DNA of 64,000 nt from Camelus dromedarius (Eukaryota). How positions within the stretch are numbered: the stretch's first letter is position 1; every line of letters begins with the position of its first letter. A program made the translations under genes and the position numbers. The notes beneath the pieces are model-generated. The model was not told the DNA's origin and did not search any database. It saw nothing but the letters and a program-made list of their open reading frames with translations. Shown here piece after piece: positions 37,550 to 50,591 of the stretch. Location: contig NC_087447.1 in the NCBI RefSeq assembly GCF_036321535.1, positions 40,240,001 to 40,304,000 of the forward strand. The letters run 5' to 3'.

Positions 37550-38180
37550 TCTTTTTTTTAATAATGAAATTAACATACATACAGAAAAGTACATAGAACC
37601 TTATACATTCTAATAAATAACTATAAAGCAAATGCCCATGTACTCACCACTCACATCAAGAAATGAAACACTGCCAGCCCTCTGAAGCCCCTTGCATCTG
37701 ATCACACCCTCCATCTCCCTTAGACTTGTATGGCATTTACTTCCCTTTCTTTGAGTTTTACCACTTAAGTTTGCGTTCCTAAAGAAAATAATTTTGCCTG
37801 TTTTGAGCTTTGTATGAATAGAATCTTCTTTGGGGTGTTTGTGTCTGGCTTCTTTTGCTCAGTTGTGTTTATGAGAGTCGCCCATATTGTCGTGTGCCGC
37901 TGTAGTGGCTCATTTTCATGGCTGTATAGTATTCAGGGCTGCTATATGGGAATCCCATACTTATTTATCCATATGACTGCTGATGAACATTTGAGTTGTT
38001 TTCAGGTTTTGACTATTACGACAGTGCTGCAGTGGGCATTCTTGTACATGTATCCTGGTGGCATGTGCATGTATTTCTCCAGGGTTTATACCTCAGCGTG
38101 TAATTGCTGGGTCAAAGGATGTGCATGTCTTCACTTTTATGAGGTACTAACAAATGGTTTTCCAGATGGTTGCCCTGCCT
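37550..38180 (-). mobile_element. Old L1 (L1ME-like) 3' region
   Basis: 'catacagaaaagtacata...tgtgtctggcttcttttgctcag...tgatgaacatttgagttgttttcagg...aattgctgggtcaaagg'. Confidence 0.8.
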
Positions 38181-40636
38181 CTTGCTCTCTTCTGTTGCAC
38201 AATTGTAACAGCTGTGCTGAGGGAAGAAAGCCACAGGGTCAGAACTGCTGGTCCCAAGAGATGCTCCAGAACAGAGAACTTCTGTTGAGAAATCAATCTG
38301 TGTGTGCCTTTGTTTCTTTCTCATTTATGGGGCCTGTCAACCCCTTCCTCACTGTCCCAGCCCTGCTGTTACAACTCCCCATTACTCCCCTGACCACAAA
38401 TTCATTTCACTGTGGTTCCCAGACTAATCTAGTCAAGGACATGGAGGGTAGTTGTCCTCTGAAGGTTATTCCAAGGGTAGTGGAACCCCTGCCATCAGAT
38501 AGGGAGCCAGGGCAAGGGTTTAAGCAGGGCTGGTGGCAGAATGGCATTGTCATGTCTGGAATCTGAGGGCTGATGGTTCCTTGTAGCAGCCTGGGATAAG
38601 CAGAGAACAGGAGATATTAGGTCCCTCACTAGGCCCAGAGACCTGGCGCAGACCTAGGCCTGCCTTCAGCATAGCACATCACTCAGGAGTCTATATTGCA
38701 GTGAGGAAAAACAAAACAACAACAACAACAAAAAACTTGAATACTTTTAAAGCAAAAGGGGAATTTATTGGCTTGTAACAAAATATAGTGATAGGCTGCC
38801 TTCAGGAGAAGCTTGATTCAGAAACTCTAGCAATGTCATCAGTGGAATATCTTGCTTCTGGTTTAGAAGAGTCAGTAGTTGCTAAGACATGGTAAGAGGA
38901 AGCTCCAGAGAAAAAAGAATGGAACAGGAATGGAAACCAGCGGCCCTGGCTGAGGCCAGGTCTCGGCAGGATCTATAACTGGAGACAACTTGGGGAGTGA
39001 TCCCCCATTTCTAGATAGTGTGAGTGCCCCCAGCAGGCTCCTAGTGCCCAGGGAACCATTCTTAAATTTGGGGATCGGCAGACTCACACAACCCTTTAAA
39101 AGCAAGTTTGCATCTTCAGATTCTCAAAAAAAATTAATGTACTGCTGCTATTCTGAGCACCTGGGAGGGTGTGCTCAGAGAGGAAAGAGGAAGTGAATGT
39201 TCTTACTAGACTTGAAAATTTTGAATATATTTTCTATGGTAGAAATTAGGAGCTGAGGTCTGATTTTGAGATTTGGCATGACTTACAGATACGTGAGGAA
39301 ATTTTGATTCTAGCACGCTGTCAGAATTTCTGGGACATTTCTATGGTGTGTGAGACCAAAGGGACAGAATATTAGAACTCGGGGCTGTCTTAGAAATCTT
39401 AGAGGTACAGTAGGTGCATTGATTTTTAATAACATTTATTATTATTTTTAAAATACAGAAATAAACTGCAAACCAACTGATCCAAAGTTCCATTGATAAG
39501 ACAACCATTTGGCATTTTTCAAAAATCACACCACTGCATGCTATTTACACAAAACAGTATAAAATGAAAAAAAAATGAAATCCTCTTCCTTAGCCTCACC
39601 TACCCACAGGGACCCTCTAGTCACAGTTTCTTATGCGATTTTCAGAAAATTATTTCTTCAGCAGTCAGATCCAGAGTAAGAAGGGTTGGAGACCTGCTCT
39701 GTTAGCTGTCCCACATAAATGAGGGGCGACCCGAAGCATTCCAGGCCCTCTGGCCCACTCTCTAGTGGGCCTCGGGGCCCTTGTTCTGGGTGATGGATTC
39801 AGCCACAAGGCTCCCGGAAGCCTCCCCTAAGGGCTGGAGTACACCGGCCCTCCTCCCATCCTCCAGTCCCACTCCTCCCTCGCCCACTCCGGCTCCATCC
39901 CTACTCTTCACCAGGGCATCCTCTCCTGAGGAAGCTCACAGCAGGAGAATATTAACTGAATGAGAACACCCTGAAGGGAAGGATTTTCCTGCTGATTACA
40001 TGTCTGGCTCTCTGGAACATCTCTTTTTCCCACAGTGATTCATCCAGGGATGATCAGAGACAGGCCTGTGGGGGAGATGCCACTGCTCCTCCCCAGCTTT
40101 GCTCGGGGCCACACACTAGTGCTGCCTTGTGCTTAGAAGCCTCCTACCTTCCCCCTGCCGCTGGTCCCCAGAATTTAGGGAAGAAGCCTGGGCAGTACCT
40201 GCTTTTAGTGTGAAATCCTTTTCCTTAAGCATCGCGTCCTATGTCTCTGTGAATATCCCTTTGTATGCCATTGGGCCTGGAAGTGAGGTTCTCAAAAATT
40301 CTCATTTACTCATTCATCTGTGACTGCTGAGAGTTTGCCATGTACTAGGCACGGTGCTAGACCTTCAGTACCTTTGCATCAGGCCTTAAAAGATAGCCAG
40401 GTTTTCCTGAGGCTGAGGTGTGGGGGGAGGCTGATCAGGCATAAGGAACAGTGTGCTCAGAGATGCAAATATCTGAAGGTAAATACAACCAACTCCTTAT
40501 AATTAGATTCTAGAGGAAGGGAAGGCCTTTGGCAAGAACCAGGCAGGAAAGGTAAATGGGGGCTGGATGACGAGGGATCTTGAATCCCGGGATTATCAAT
40601 ATGGACTTTATTTTAAAGGCAGTGGGAACCTTTGAG

Positions 40637-40697
40637 TAGCAGAACTGAATCAGTCAGGGACCTAGCAGAACTGAATCAGTCAGGGACCCAGCAGAAC
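40637..40697. repeat. Perfect 26-bp tandem duplication
   Basis: tagcagaactgaatcagtcagggacc at 40637 and 40663, followed by a partial cagcagaac. Confidence 0.95.
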
Positions 40698-41100
40698 GGG
40701 CTGGCACGCTTAAATGAGGATAATTTGAGGAGTGCTAAATGGAAGGGCTTTTTACTCAGGTTTGGGCACCATGTGCTAAAACCACAAGGTATGATGCTCT
40801 ACCTGAAGCAAGTAACAGGAGAGCCATGGTAGGAAGGGGCGAGGGGAAAGAGCACTGCTGGGACAGTCATGAGAAGGTCACCTGGAGAGGAGCTGTGGCC
40901 TCAGGCTAAGGTGACTCTGCAGTGACGTGGGTAAAGACCCAGCCTCACTCTCTTCCCCCTTTGACCTCCTGCTGCTGCTCCCCATTGGCTGAGTCCAACC
41001 AAAGCAGAAGCCAAGGGAGGCTATCATCGTGGTCCACTCAGGTCAGCCCCCACGGCCAAGAGCGGGATAGAAGGGGTTTGCAGGGGTAGATGCACAGGGT
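40672..41100 (-). mobile_element. ERVL LTR33-like LTR
   Basis: 'atcagtcagggacccagcagaac...ggcacgcttaaa...ggataatttgaggag' and 'gaagccaagggagg...ggtcagcccc'. Confidence 0.6.
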
Positions 41101-41248
41101 GGGGTGATGAGATAAGCAGTTCACCAAGACCACTTTGAGTAGATGGAGGATGAGTCAGAGGCAGAGGGATGGGACAGGGAGAGGGTTGCAGAGATGGGGA
41201 GGAAGAGAAAGATTTGAACCATATGGAGGAGGCGGAAGTGTCATGACC

Positions 41249-41648
41249 TGTTGACAGGGACGAAGTGCTGTGTGCACAGCGGGGTGGGCCGGTAACACGG
41301 GTTGGTAAGAGAATTTACCAGAGGTTAAGTATGAGAATAGAAAGGAGTTAATTAGGGTACACTGTCATAGGAAAGAGCGGGCCACATGGGTGAGGGTGCC
41401 TGTGTGAGCACTGAGGGCCGGTTATTGGGGACTTTTATAAAGTAGGGTCACAAGATACCTGATCAGCTTGTGTGCAAGGCTCCAACTGGTTGCAGGTGAG
41501 GTAAGAGGTTTAAGGTCCATGAAGGGTGGTGGGGTCTATGACTCTGATAAGGTGGGCTGAAACAAGCCAGCCGAGCTATTGTGAGATTAGGCATTGCCTA
41601 GGGCTATTAGTTTGCTAGGGGAAACGTGCCCAGCAAAGAATGTCAGAC
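41249..41648 (-). mobile_element. Possible ERV1-class solo LTR
   Basis: TG...CA ends, 'gggttggtaagagaatttacca' and a reverse TATA-like 'ttttataaa'. The TSD is ambiguous. Confidence 0.4.
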
Positions 41649-42149
41649 ATCTGAAAGGCCAGGGATGGGGGGTCCTTGGACTTTGAAGAATGGCAGTGAG
41701 CCCAACACTGAGCACAAGAGAGGCGTCTGGAGTAGCCTGGGTACTTCGGTGGGTGGTGACACCATTACATAGGAGTGGGTTCAAGTTCAAGGGCAGGAGC
41801 TGCTACTGGAGAAAAACCACGCTTTCCTAGCAGCAAAAGCGACTGTGGACAGAAGTTGTGATGGCCCCCTGGGTCCCTGCTCTGGTCAGAATCACAGTGG
41901 CTTCTGGCATCCTTCTCCTTCCGTTCTGTACCCTTTTTCTCTACCATCTGCAAGCCCCCAAACACCCAGTCACGGAGGTCTGCCCTTCTCAAAGTGTCCA
42001 GGTTGCAAATCGATTTCTCTGACTCCACTGCTCTCCTGTCTCCACTGGTCAAAAACCAGTCCTTCTTATCAGGGAAAACAATTGCAATAAAAGGTGACTG
42101 ACTGCTAGCTCTCTGTGGAGATAGACACATATTGTTAAAGGATCCACTG

Positions 42150-42247
42150 AGAGAAGAAGAAGACATGCAAATAGCCAATAGGTATGTGAAAAGTTGCTCA
42201 ACATCACTAATCTTTAGGGAAATAAAAAATAAAAATTTAAAAATCCA
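42150..42247 (+). mobile_element. Internal L1 ORF2 fragment with A-rich tail and TSD
   Basis: 'agaagacatgcaaatagccaataggtatgtgaaaagttgctcaacatcactaat' (EDMQIANRYVKSCSTSLI). Flanking repeat ttaaaggatccactg (42135-49) / ttaaaggatctactg (42248-62). Confidence 0.8.
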
Positions 42248-43148
42248 TTAAAGGATCTACTGGAGTGAATTTCTAATTAATAGACTATGCAGGAGAGATT
42301 TTTATTTTTGACTCTGGCCCCTCCCAGAAACTCTCTGATACCCCAATTCCACCTGGTCCCCCACCCACTCAAAAGAACAAGGTAAGTGATTTAGTGGTTC
42401 CTCTACAATGCTGGCAACCCCTAATCTGGCATTATGTATTACTAAGGACTTTCAATGATGGTGCAGATTTTCAGTTTGGCTTCTAAGAAATATATGGTAT
42501 GTTTGGGGTTGGGTAGACCTAAACATATTTTAAAACAACAAGGCAACTTTGGTAAATTTTGTGAGTAGGATATCCAGAGTCCCCCCTCCCTCCCACAGTG
42601 AAATCCAACTGTCCTGCCCTCGGAGAGCTGCCTTGAAGAGGAGAGCAGTAATGGAAGGTGGGAGCCAGGGAGGCAGTGTTGCTAGGCAGCCGGCTGCTCT
42701 CCTGGGTTGCCCTGGTGATGATGGTCTGTGTGTACCAGGTGGGTGTTTGTGGATACTTGCTGAGTGTCTATATAAGCAGGCTGGACTTTTTCACCACGAT
42801 GTGTTCCTGGAAACCATGTCGTAATGTGGATTGTCAAAATTTCCCAGAGGAACAGCATTTGTTCTCCTTGAAGGGTTGCATTCTCGATGAAAGATGCAGC
42901 CAGGGATAAATCATAACTGTGATCAACAATCTGTCATAAGCAGAAGGTACAAGTGCCCAAATATCCTCAGTGAGTTCTGGGGCTAAAATTACCCCACAGG
43001 CCTCACCACAAAGCCATTACCTGACTCCACATGCATCCCCACGTACCGTGCCCGTTCACTCACTCATTCACTCGTTCGAGGGCTGCAGGGGTCCTTGTGG
43101 TCCACTCCCAACACCAGCTCCACTCAGATGATTAGTCTTCTAAGCCAG

Positions 43149-43605
43149 CGTTATGAGTTGTGGTCCCCTTCAGAAAACCCCTACTACCTCAGAATGTGAC
43201 CTTATTTAGAAATAGGGTCACAACAGAGGTTGTCAAGTAAAATGAAGTCATTAAGGTGGGCCTTAATCCAATATGGCCCATGTCCTTATGAAAAGGGGAA
43301 ATCTGGACTCAGAGACAGACATGCACAGAGGGAAGACAATGTGAAGACACAGGGAGCAGGCCAGTGAAGACGCAAGGTTGGAGGGGTGCATCTACAGGCC
43401 AAGGCATGTCAAGGATTTGGGGCAAACCACCTGAAGATAGGAGGAGGCAAGGAAGGGTTTTCCTTCAGGTTTCAGAGGGAACACGGCACTGCCAACACAC
43501 TGATTTAGGACTTCTAGCCTTCAGAACTGTGAGACAACACATTTCTGTTGCTTTAAGCCACCCAGCGTGTGTTATTTTGTTTTGGCAGCCGCAGAACACT
43601 AATAT
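43149..43605 (+). mobile_element. MLT1C-like MaLR solo LTR
   Basis: 'acctcagaatgtgaccttatttagaaatagggtc...gacttctagccttcagaactgtgagacaacacatttctgttgctttaagccaccc'. Confidence 0.88.
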
Positions 43606-44077
43606 GACTGGCCATGGCAGTCCCACCCTCTTGGCCCAATGCTGGCTAAGGAGCTCTACGGGGAAGACTGCTGGGCTGGGTTCTGAGAACGGTTTCTGCT
43701 TCTCCCTCTACGGGTGCCTGGAAGTGGCTCTGAGACTGGCTGCCGTCATTGTACTGCAAGCCTAAAGGGCCAAGCCCTCACTGAGGAGGGCAGAGAGTTG
43801 ACGGTCAGGACCTGGGACGGGTGACCTTGTTGAGTTGCCCCTTCGGCCAAGCTGGAGCAAGCCCGACCGCTGCAGTTTCGCCACATGAGATGATACATCT
43901 CCCTGCGGTTTAAGACAGAAGGTGAAGTCAAGTCCCCTCGCTGACCCCAGTGTCCTCCACGTGTGGCATGTGTGGATTGACTGTCATTTGTGCTCTGCAT
44001 TTCTCCCTGCCACCTCCCTCATGCAACTGAGCCTCCAGGCCCTTCCTCACCTCCATCCTACAACTCAGTACTGACAG

Positions 44078-44320
44078 TGGTGGGTCATTTGTGAAGATGG
44101 CTGCAATAATTCCTCCTATCCTGTACTTTGCAATGCAACTTTGCTGTCCCTCCTATCAAGAGGTGGAGTTTATTTCTCCATCCCTTAAATCCAAGCTTGG
44201 CCATGTGACCTGCCCTGGACAACGGGAAAATAATAAATGAAACACAAGCAGAGACTTTAGAAGTGCTTGTGAATTAGGACTTTTCTTTTGGTTGCACTTG
44301 GAACCCTGGGATGGTGATGC
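44078..44320 (+). mobile_element. MLT1 (G/H-like) LTR fragment
   Basis: 'cctcctatcaagaggtggagtttatttctccatccctt...ggccatgtgacctgc'. Confidence 0.7.
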
Positions 44321-44490
44321 AGTTGGGCCTGAACAAGTCTTTAGGACACAGCTTCACCTTCCTTGTTGATTTCAGTTCCTGCTTCACAGGTTTGCTTTTT
44401 TCCCTGTCAAACTCCATGTGAAAAATACACCTACTATGCGTACATTCTGCAGATCAGACACACAGTAGGGATGAAAAGTAGAAGGAGCTC

Positions 44491-44933
44491 TGCATTGGTT
44501 TCCTATGGCTCTGTAGCAAATAGCCACACACTTAGTGACTTAAAACAACATAAATTTACTCTCTTACAATCCTGCAGATCAGAAGCCCGAAACGAGTTTC
44601 ATGGGCTAAAATCAAGGTGTCTACAGGGCTGCATTTCTTCTAGAGGGTCTAGGGGAGACTCATTCCCTTGCCTCTATAGCTTCTCGAGGCTGCCTGCATT
44701 CCTTGCCTCTATCTTCAAAGCCACAGCATCTTTAAACCTCTCTCTGACTCCTGCCACCCTCTTCCACTTCTAATGACCCTTGTGATTACACCCAGGTCAT
44801 CCAGTAAACTCTCCTTATCTCAAGATTCTGAATCACATCTGCAAGGTCCCTTTTACATGTCAGGTAACAGATTCACAGATTCTAGGTATGAGGACATGGA
44901 CATCTTTGGAAGGCTATTGTTCTGCCAACCACA
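44491..44933 (-). mobile_element. MLT1D-like solo LTR
   Basis: 'tgcattggtttcctatggct...gacttaaaacaacataaattt...ttctgccaaccaca' with TSD AGCTC (44486-90 / 44934-38). Confidence 0.88.
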
Positions 44934-44979
44934 AGCTCTTTGAGGGGCCTCACACTTGGGTGAGGGTACATATTTATAG

Positions 44980-45330
44980 CAGACACTGCTACCCCTCACC
45001 CACATTCGTCTTACTAGACACACACTTCCTTGCCTTGTATTTGGTGACAGTCATGCAATTGAGTTCTGGCCAATGGGATGTAAGCAGAGGGCACTGCTTG
45101 CAGGCTGGGCCACAAGATCCCCCACAGAGGCTCCTGGCTTTTGCCACTTGAGCTGAGTGACAAGGACTCCAAGGACCCAGGGGAAGATGGAACTGCAGGG
45201 TGGAAGAAGGCAGAAGCCCTAAATGACAGTAGGACGGTCTTCCTGATGACTCACACTGTATTTGGATAACATTAAGACACTGAAATTTGAGGGTGTTTTT
45301 GTCACAGTGATTAACCAAACACCAATAATG
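44980..45330 (+). mobile_element. MLT1 (I/J-like) LTR
   Basis: 'cacacttccttgcc...gagttctggccaatgggatgtaagcaga...taagacactgaaatttgagggtgtttttgtcacag'. Confidence 0.65.
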
Positions 45331-45885
45331 CACAAACACTTTTAAAGAACTATGGTATTCAATTTCATAAGAAAACATCGCATTTACTTATTATAATAAG
45401 TTGATCTGTGACATAGACTGAACAAGGTTACTTGATAAACACACACAAAAAAATGAAACCAGGAATTATGTGACTCAGCTGTGAGCAGCCCTCTGTATCT
45501 GACTTATTTCTATGATTTGTGTTGATATTGACTGGGTGTACCTTATTGAACAAGTCTGATTCACACTGATAAGTAACTGCAAACGATAACCAGTATATTT
45601 TAACCTACAGTAATCTCCAGGAACTCTTCGCTAAACAGATATCTCCAGAAAAGCTTGATTCCGAGGTCAGCAGAGAAACTTTTTACTGGGTGACACAAGT
45701 TAAAGTTTTGAAGAGCTTCTACACCGATTTACTTTTATGTTGTTTACTTTCAAAAGACTCAGAGACAGTTTACCCAAAACCTGCAGGATAAATGAAACCA
45801 AAACCAGGCAAACAAGAACAACAAGATATGAGCCCAGTGGTCAAGCAACTGGAGTTAGAGATTTCACGGGTGGAGAAGCAGGGGA

Positions 45886-45934
45886 ATGTGTGTGTGCGTG
45901 CGCGCGCACGCGCGCATGCGCGCATGTGCACATG
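45886..45934. repeat. 49-bp perfect alternating purine-pyrimidine (TG/CG/CA) tract
   Basis: atgtgtgtgtgcgtgcgcgcgcacgcgcgcatgcgcgcatgtgcacatg. Confidence 0.93.
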
Positions 45935-48900
45935 GTGGGGTGGGGGACAGGAGTAGGCAGAAAGATCCTGTGACCTTGAAAACATGTGACTCTACTGTAC
46001 AAAATGGTCCTTCTGGGCAAATGACAGGAGGGTCCCATGTCTAGATGGTCCTGTGCCTCACCAGAGTAATGAGCTGAGGGTTCCTATAGTTGCTTGAACA
46101 GAGAGCAGAGCCTGGGACCCCCAGCACTAATGTACACAAGTATTGACAGAGGCTGGGGAGGGCCTGGGGCCCCAGAGTAGTTACTTCTAGGCAGTGGTCA
46201 GCATCTCGCCTGTGACGTATTATGGGAGATTGGTTCTGTGGCCTCACTGAGTGGGAAGTGAGTCCAGGGAGCCCCTGTTGCCTCTGGCACCAAAAGAAGT
46301 AGAACGCTCTGGAAGTCCAGCCAACAAACAGGCAAGGCACTTATGAGAAGTGTCCCCATTTGGGAGCCCAGGACTGCAGGAGAAGGCAGCTCCTCCCAGG
46401 CCAACCTGGGAAGCCTGCACCAGGAAGAACCTGCTGGGGGAAGAATGCTCCCATTGACAGAGCACACATTCTGTGCCAAACTCTATGCTCTGCCCTTTAC
46501 ATATAGTTCAGTTGAACGACAGCCCGGGGTGACAGGGCTTTTAATTCCCAGTTTAGAGATAAGGACGATAGCTTAGCAAGACTAGAGAGTCAGCCCCGAG
46601 AGCACATGGCAGAGCTGGCACCATAGCTCAGTGCTGCTGGAATCAAGCCCATGTGCTCAGCCACCTGCAGAGAGGGGAGGGCTCCGGCTGCACACATGCC
46701 ACCACTGTGGGATCCCTTTCCTCTTGAACTTTGCTTTGACCGAAATAGACCAGGAGAGGGAGGCATTGTGGCCCTCAGCACCACAATTAAAGCTGTAAGT
46801 GTTACCAGGGGTTACCACTGACCTTGGCCTGCACAGAGGGAAACAGCGAGCGGCAAACCCAGGGTACATGGCGTGCGCTGGTAGCGCTCACCCCAGGCAT
46901 CGGGGCAGCAGGCACAATATGCTCTCATCTTCCTTGCCTTTCGGGCCTCAGATTTCACAGGCTCGGTGACAGACCTTCTGGAACAGCGCAAGGGCCCTCA
47001 GAACACTCTGAACCGCTCATTGTTTACAGAACAGTGGCTGCTATGAGCTTCCCAGGGTTAACCACTCTGTAACTGCCCACGTTAGAAGTGGGGAGGCTGA
47101 GGCACAGAGTTTTGCGCCTAAACTAGGATTCAGAAACTAGTGAAAGCTGATAAACTGTTTGGCCGTGGTCCCCAAGCATGTCCACTGAATATCTGATGCA
47201 CCAATTGTGGGCTCTAATTAATAGTAGTTCATGGGAGTAATAAACATCTTCCAAGTAAAACATTGGCTTCACCTCTGGGTAGGCCCTGCCAGGTGTGGAC
47301 CAGGGGAGCTGTGGAGAAGTCAGGGGGTTGACTGGGATAGAAAAGACTCTCATCTACACCGCAAGTCTAACAGTTCACCCACCAAAAGACACCTCACACA
47401 CTCGCCTGGTCATGTGTGCAAAGTGGGGCTCCTCTCTTCCTTGGGGTGGCAGATACCGGTCCTCACAAGCCCCCAGACAACCTGCCTCCTTGGTTGTTGT
47501 TTGTTGTGTGTTTGCTCTGTGACACGGTGGGGTTGTAAGTCACATTTTCTCTCTAACAACGTTGACAGCTGCCTGAGTCCTAGCAGCCCAATCAGGGTCC
47601 CAGGGATGATGAAACCCATTCTTTTCTTTTCTTTAATAAAGTTGTTGCCCAAACCCCTTTTCCCTCCACACTTCCCTATAAAACACGTCAAGTCAGGAGG
47701 ACTTTCAGAATGATGCTTATGTGCAGAGACTTGCCATGAGAAACGACTTGGGGACATTTAATTAGACTGGAGATTGACTGATGAGAATGTGGACTTTTCT
47801 CTAAAACTCTAATTTTGGTACTTTATTATTTAAAAAAAATTTTTTTAATTAAATAGCATTTTACATAGTTGTCTTTTCCTGGGCATTTAGTTTTCTTGTT
47901 GAATTATTTATTTATTATTTATTTTTATTATTTATTACTTAATCATTTATTTAGAAATTTCCACAAATTCCTTAGAGACAGCGGGTGGGGCTGCAGGAAA
48001 AGGGATGGATGAAGATGGAAGCAGCACGGGTCCTGGCTGCGGTGGGCCCAGAACACGTGTTAACTGAGTAAGTGATGGATGGATGACTGAATGAACGAAT
48101 GAATGATATTTTCACCAAGCAGTGGATCAAAGTGACCCTTGCTCCTCCCTTCCCTTTTTGTCACCTGCAAAATAGTATCCAGAAGTCTCATGTACTTCAC
48201 CCAAACATTTACCTGTTCAGGCCCCAGGCCCATCTTGAAGGGTTGGGGACTCCCTGGGGTCCAGGCCAGAGCAGTAGCTGACATGGGCCAGTTGCCCCCG
48301 GCAGCCACCAGCCCTTCCCTGCCTGGGTTACCAAGCCCAGCCATGCGGTTCCCTCCTGAGTTCCCAGAACACCCTGCCAAGAAGGCAGAGTGGGGCTCAC
48401 CTCTGTTATGCACTTGGGGTCCAGTACCTGCAGCCAAAAGTAGCCAGCAGGGGGAAGTGCAGTCAGGATCAACATACCAGCTGGTGAATGTGGGGAGGCC
48501 ACCCCAAGCTTGAGGGAGCGGAGTGGGTGCAGAGTCCCAGCCAGTTTCCCCACCTTCACAAACTCACTCCTCAACAGTACTTGGGCACTTCATTTTCTCT
48601 CCCCACCGGCAAAAAAAGTGTGTTGAACTTTGACTTGTAGATTAAATCATGAGAATAATAAGAATATTGTATATCCACTCTGAAGTGCAACATCCCCTTC
48701 ATCTCAGACTCTGGTGTTGTCCCCTAGGGGTCCAAGCCCCCCACTTCCCTATATCTCCCCTAGGTGAGCACTGCTCTTGGGAGGGCTGGTCCCCTTCTCT
48801 GCTGCGTGAGACCACGCAGTGCAATCTGCCTTCAGTTCCACACCCCTCACCCTGGTCCTAAGGGTTATGGGGGTGGGGGGCAAAGTCAGTAGAGCCATGG

Positions 48901-49229
48901 GCCCCCAAATCTGTCCCAGGCTGCCACAGCTGCTGTTCACTGGAAAATTTGAGCAAAGGAGCAGAGTTGGAACTCTGTTAAATCGATCCTCGGTTAAATA
49001 CACTGACTCTACCTAAAAACTCTGAGAATGAAGAAGTAATCTGAATGTTTGCTGGGGGAGAAGGGTCTCAAAATCTGCAAGCTGCCAGGATTTTCTAAGG
49101 GTCTCAAAAGAGTTATCCTAACGTATTAAGGGACAGCGACCCATTAGAGCCCTTTGGAGGAGAATGGCTAGGATAGCACTGATGGGTGAGAGACAGCCAA
49201 AAGAAATGGTGACATTTGCCTTGGAAAGC

Positions 49230-49450
49230 ATGTAAGTAAGTGACCACTGTTTTCAAATCTCTGAACAGCTCCAATGGGGAAGAGGAGTGGGCTTGTTCCT
49301 AGGGGGCCCTACAAGTGAGGACAATGGAGGAAGGCCACACTGAGGGGGGTGGCAGCAACCTGAGGAAGCACCAACAGTCAAGAGCTACCCAGACATAGGA
49401 CAGACTGGCCTGTAAGGTGGTGAGTTCCCCACCCCCAGGAATATCCAAAT
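49230..49450 (+). mobile_element. CR1/L3 3' fragment
   Basis: 'actgttttcaaatctctgaacagctcc...gaagaggagtgggcttgttc...aggtggtgagttccccaccc'. Confidence 0.55.
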
Positions 49451-50591
49451 ATCCCTTCTTTCCTTTACTCTGTCAGCATATATGTATTGCGGCCCAGCAA
49501 TAATTAGAGTGCCAGACAGGCAAGGCTCCTGATGTCAGGGAGCTTACATTTTAGTGGGAAAGACAAAAAATTTTTTTAATAATACCAAAGAATTAGACTT
49601 ATGGAAGAGTACATTCCGGGTGTCTCCTCTGGATTCAGTCAGAGGGGTGAATGTCAAGCTGAGGCAGAATGGCCTCTTAGCAAGGAAGGTTAAGGGAGTA
49701 TCAGGTGGGTACCTTTAAAATCCCCTCCCTTCTGCGTCCAGAATCTCACATACTACTACTCACCTGTTCCTTCACTAATGACACCAGGTGATCCTCCCCA
49801 AAAGGCAGATGTGGCTGAAGAAACCTTGACCCGAGCCCCCCGCCCCAACCGTGAGTTCGTGGCTGGGGCCAGGGGTCCCAGGCACAGTGGGGTGGTGGCT
49901 TCCAGTGTCTCCATCTGCCACCTTCTCACCGGCTTGATTGCATAACTGCTGGGCTTGGTTTTACAGCCCAGCATGGAGCTTGTAAATCTTCTCTCACATC
50001 ATGAAATGCCAGCAATTTCACAGCCAGGGATTCCTGTTCTCATAAAGTCCCCACACCAGCAGCCTTGCATCTAAAACTGTCTTCTGGACTGATGGATTGA
50101 TGTCAGAGCTGCTCTGGAGCCAAACACGGAGCAGGCAGCCCCTTTCACCTGCTCAGCTCCTCTGAAGCCCCAGAAGTGAAGGTCGTGATTGCCAGATACG
50201 GTTGCTGGGGCTCTGCCTGCAAAGCGCCCCTCGGTCACAGCTCCTGGGGAGCAGAGGGACAGAAACAGAGGCCCTGTCTTGGGAACCAAGACACACTTGT
50301 GTTCAAGCCTATTTGAAGGGGAAACACACTTCTAAGCAAATCTTCACAGTTGTAACCCATGCAGGGAGACATCCACTTCTATTTACATTTGCCAGTGACT
50401 CTCAACTCTGGCTCTCATTAAAGTGACATACGGGATTTTAAAAGATAGGTTTACAGAGAGCCAGTTCCCACTCAAGGAGATTCGGACCCAGTAGAATCTA
50501 GACTCTAGAAAGGGTCCCCTGCATCTGTTTGTTCCACAAGTAAAGATTCACCACCTAATTCATAAGAAAGACAGAAAACGAGCAAGGACAT

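Noticed and set aside
37814..38566. 250-aa plus-strand ORF with a hydrophobic N-terminal half
   Set aside because: The first half is the T-rich antisense strand of an old L1, which produces spurious membrane-like peptides.
42375..42388. Consensus plus-strand donor AAG|GTAAGT
   Set aside because: No convincing upstream acceptor or promoter, so a chance match is likely.
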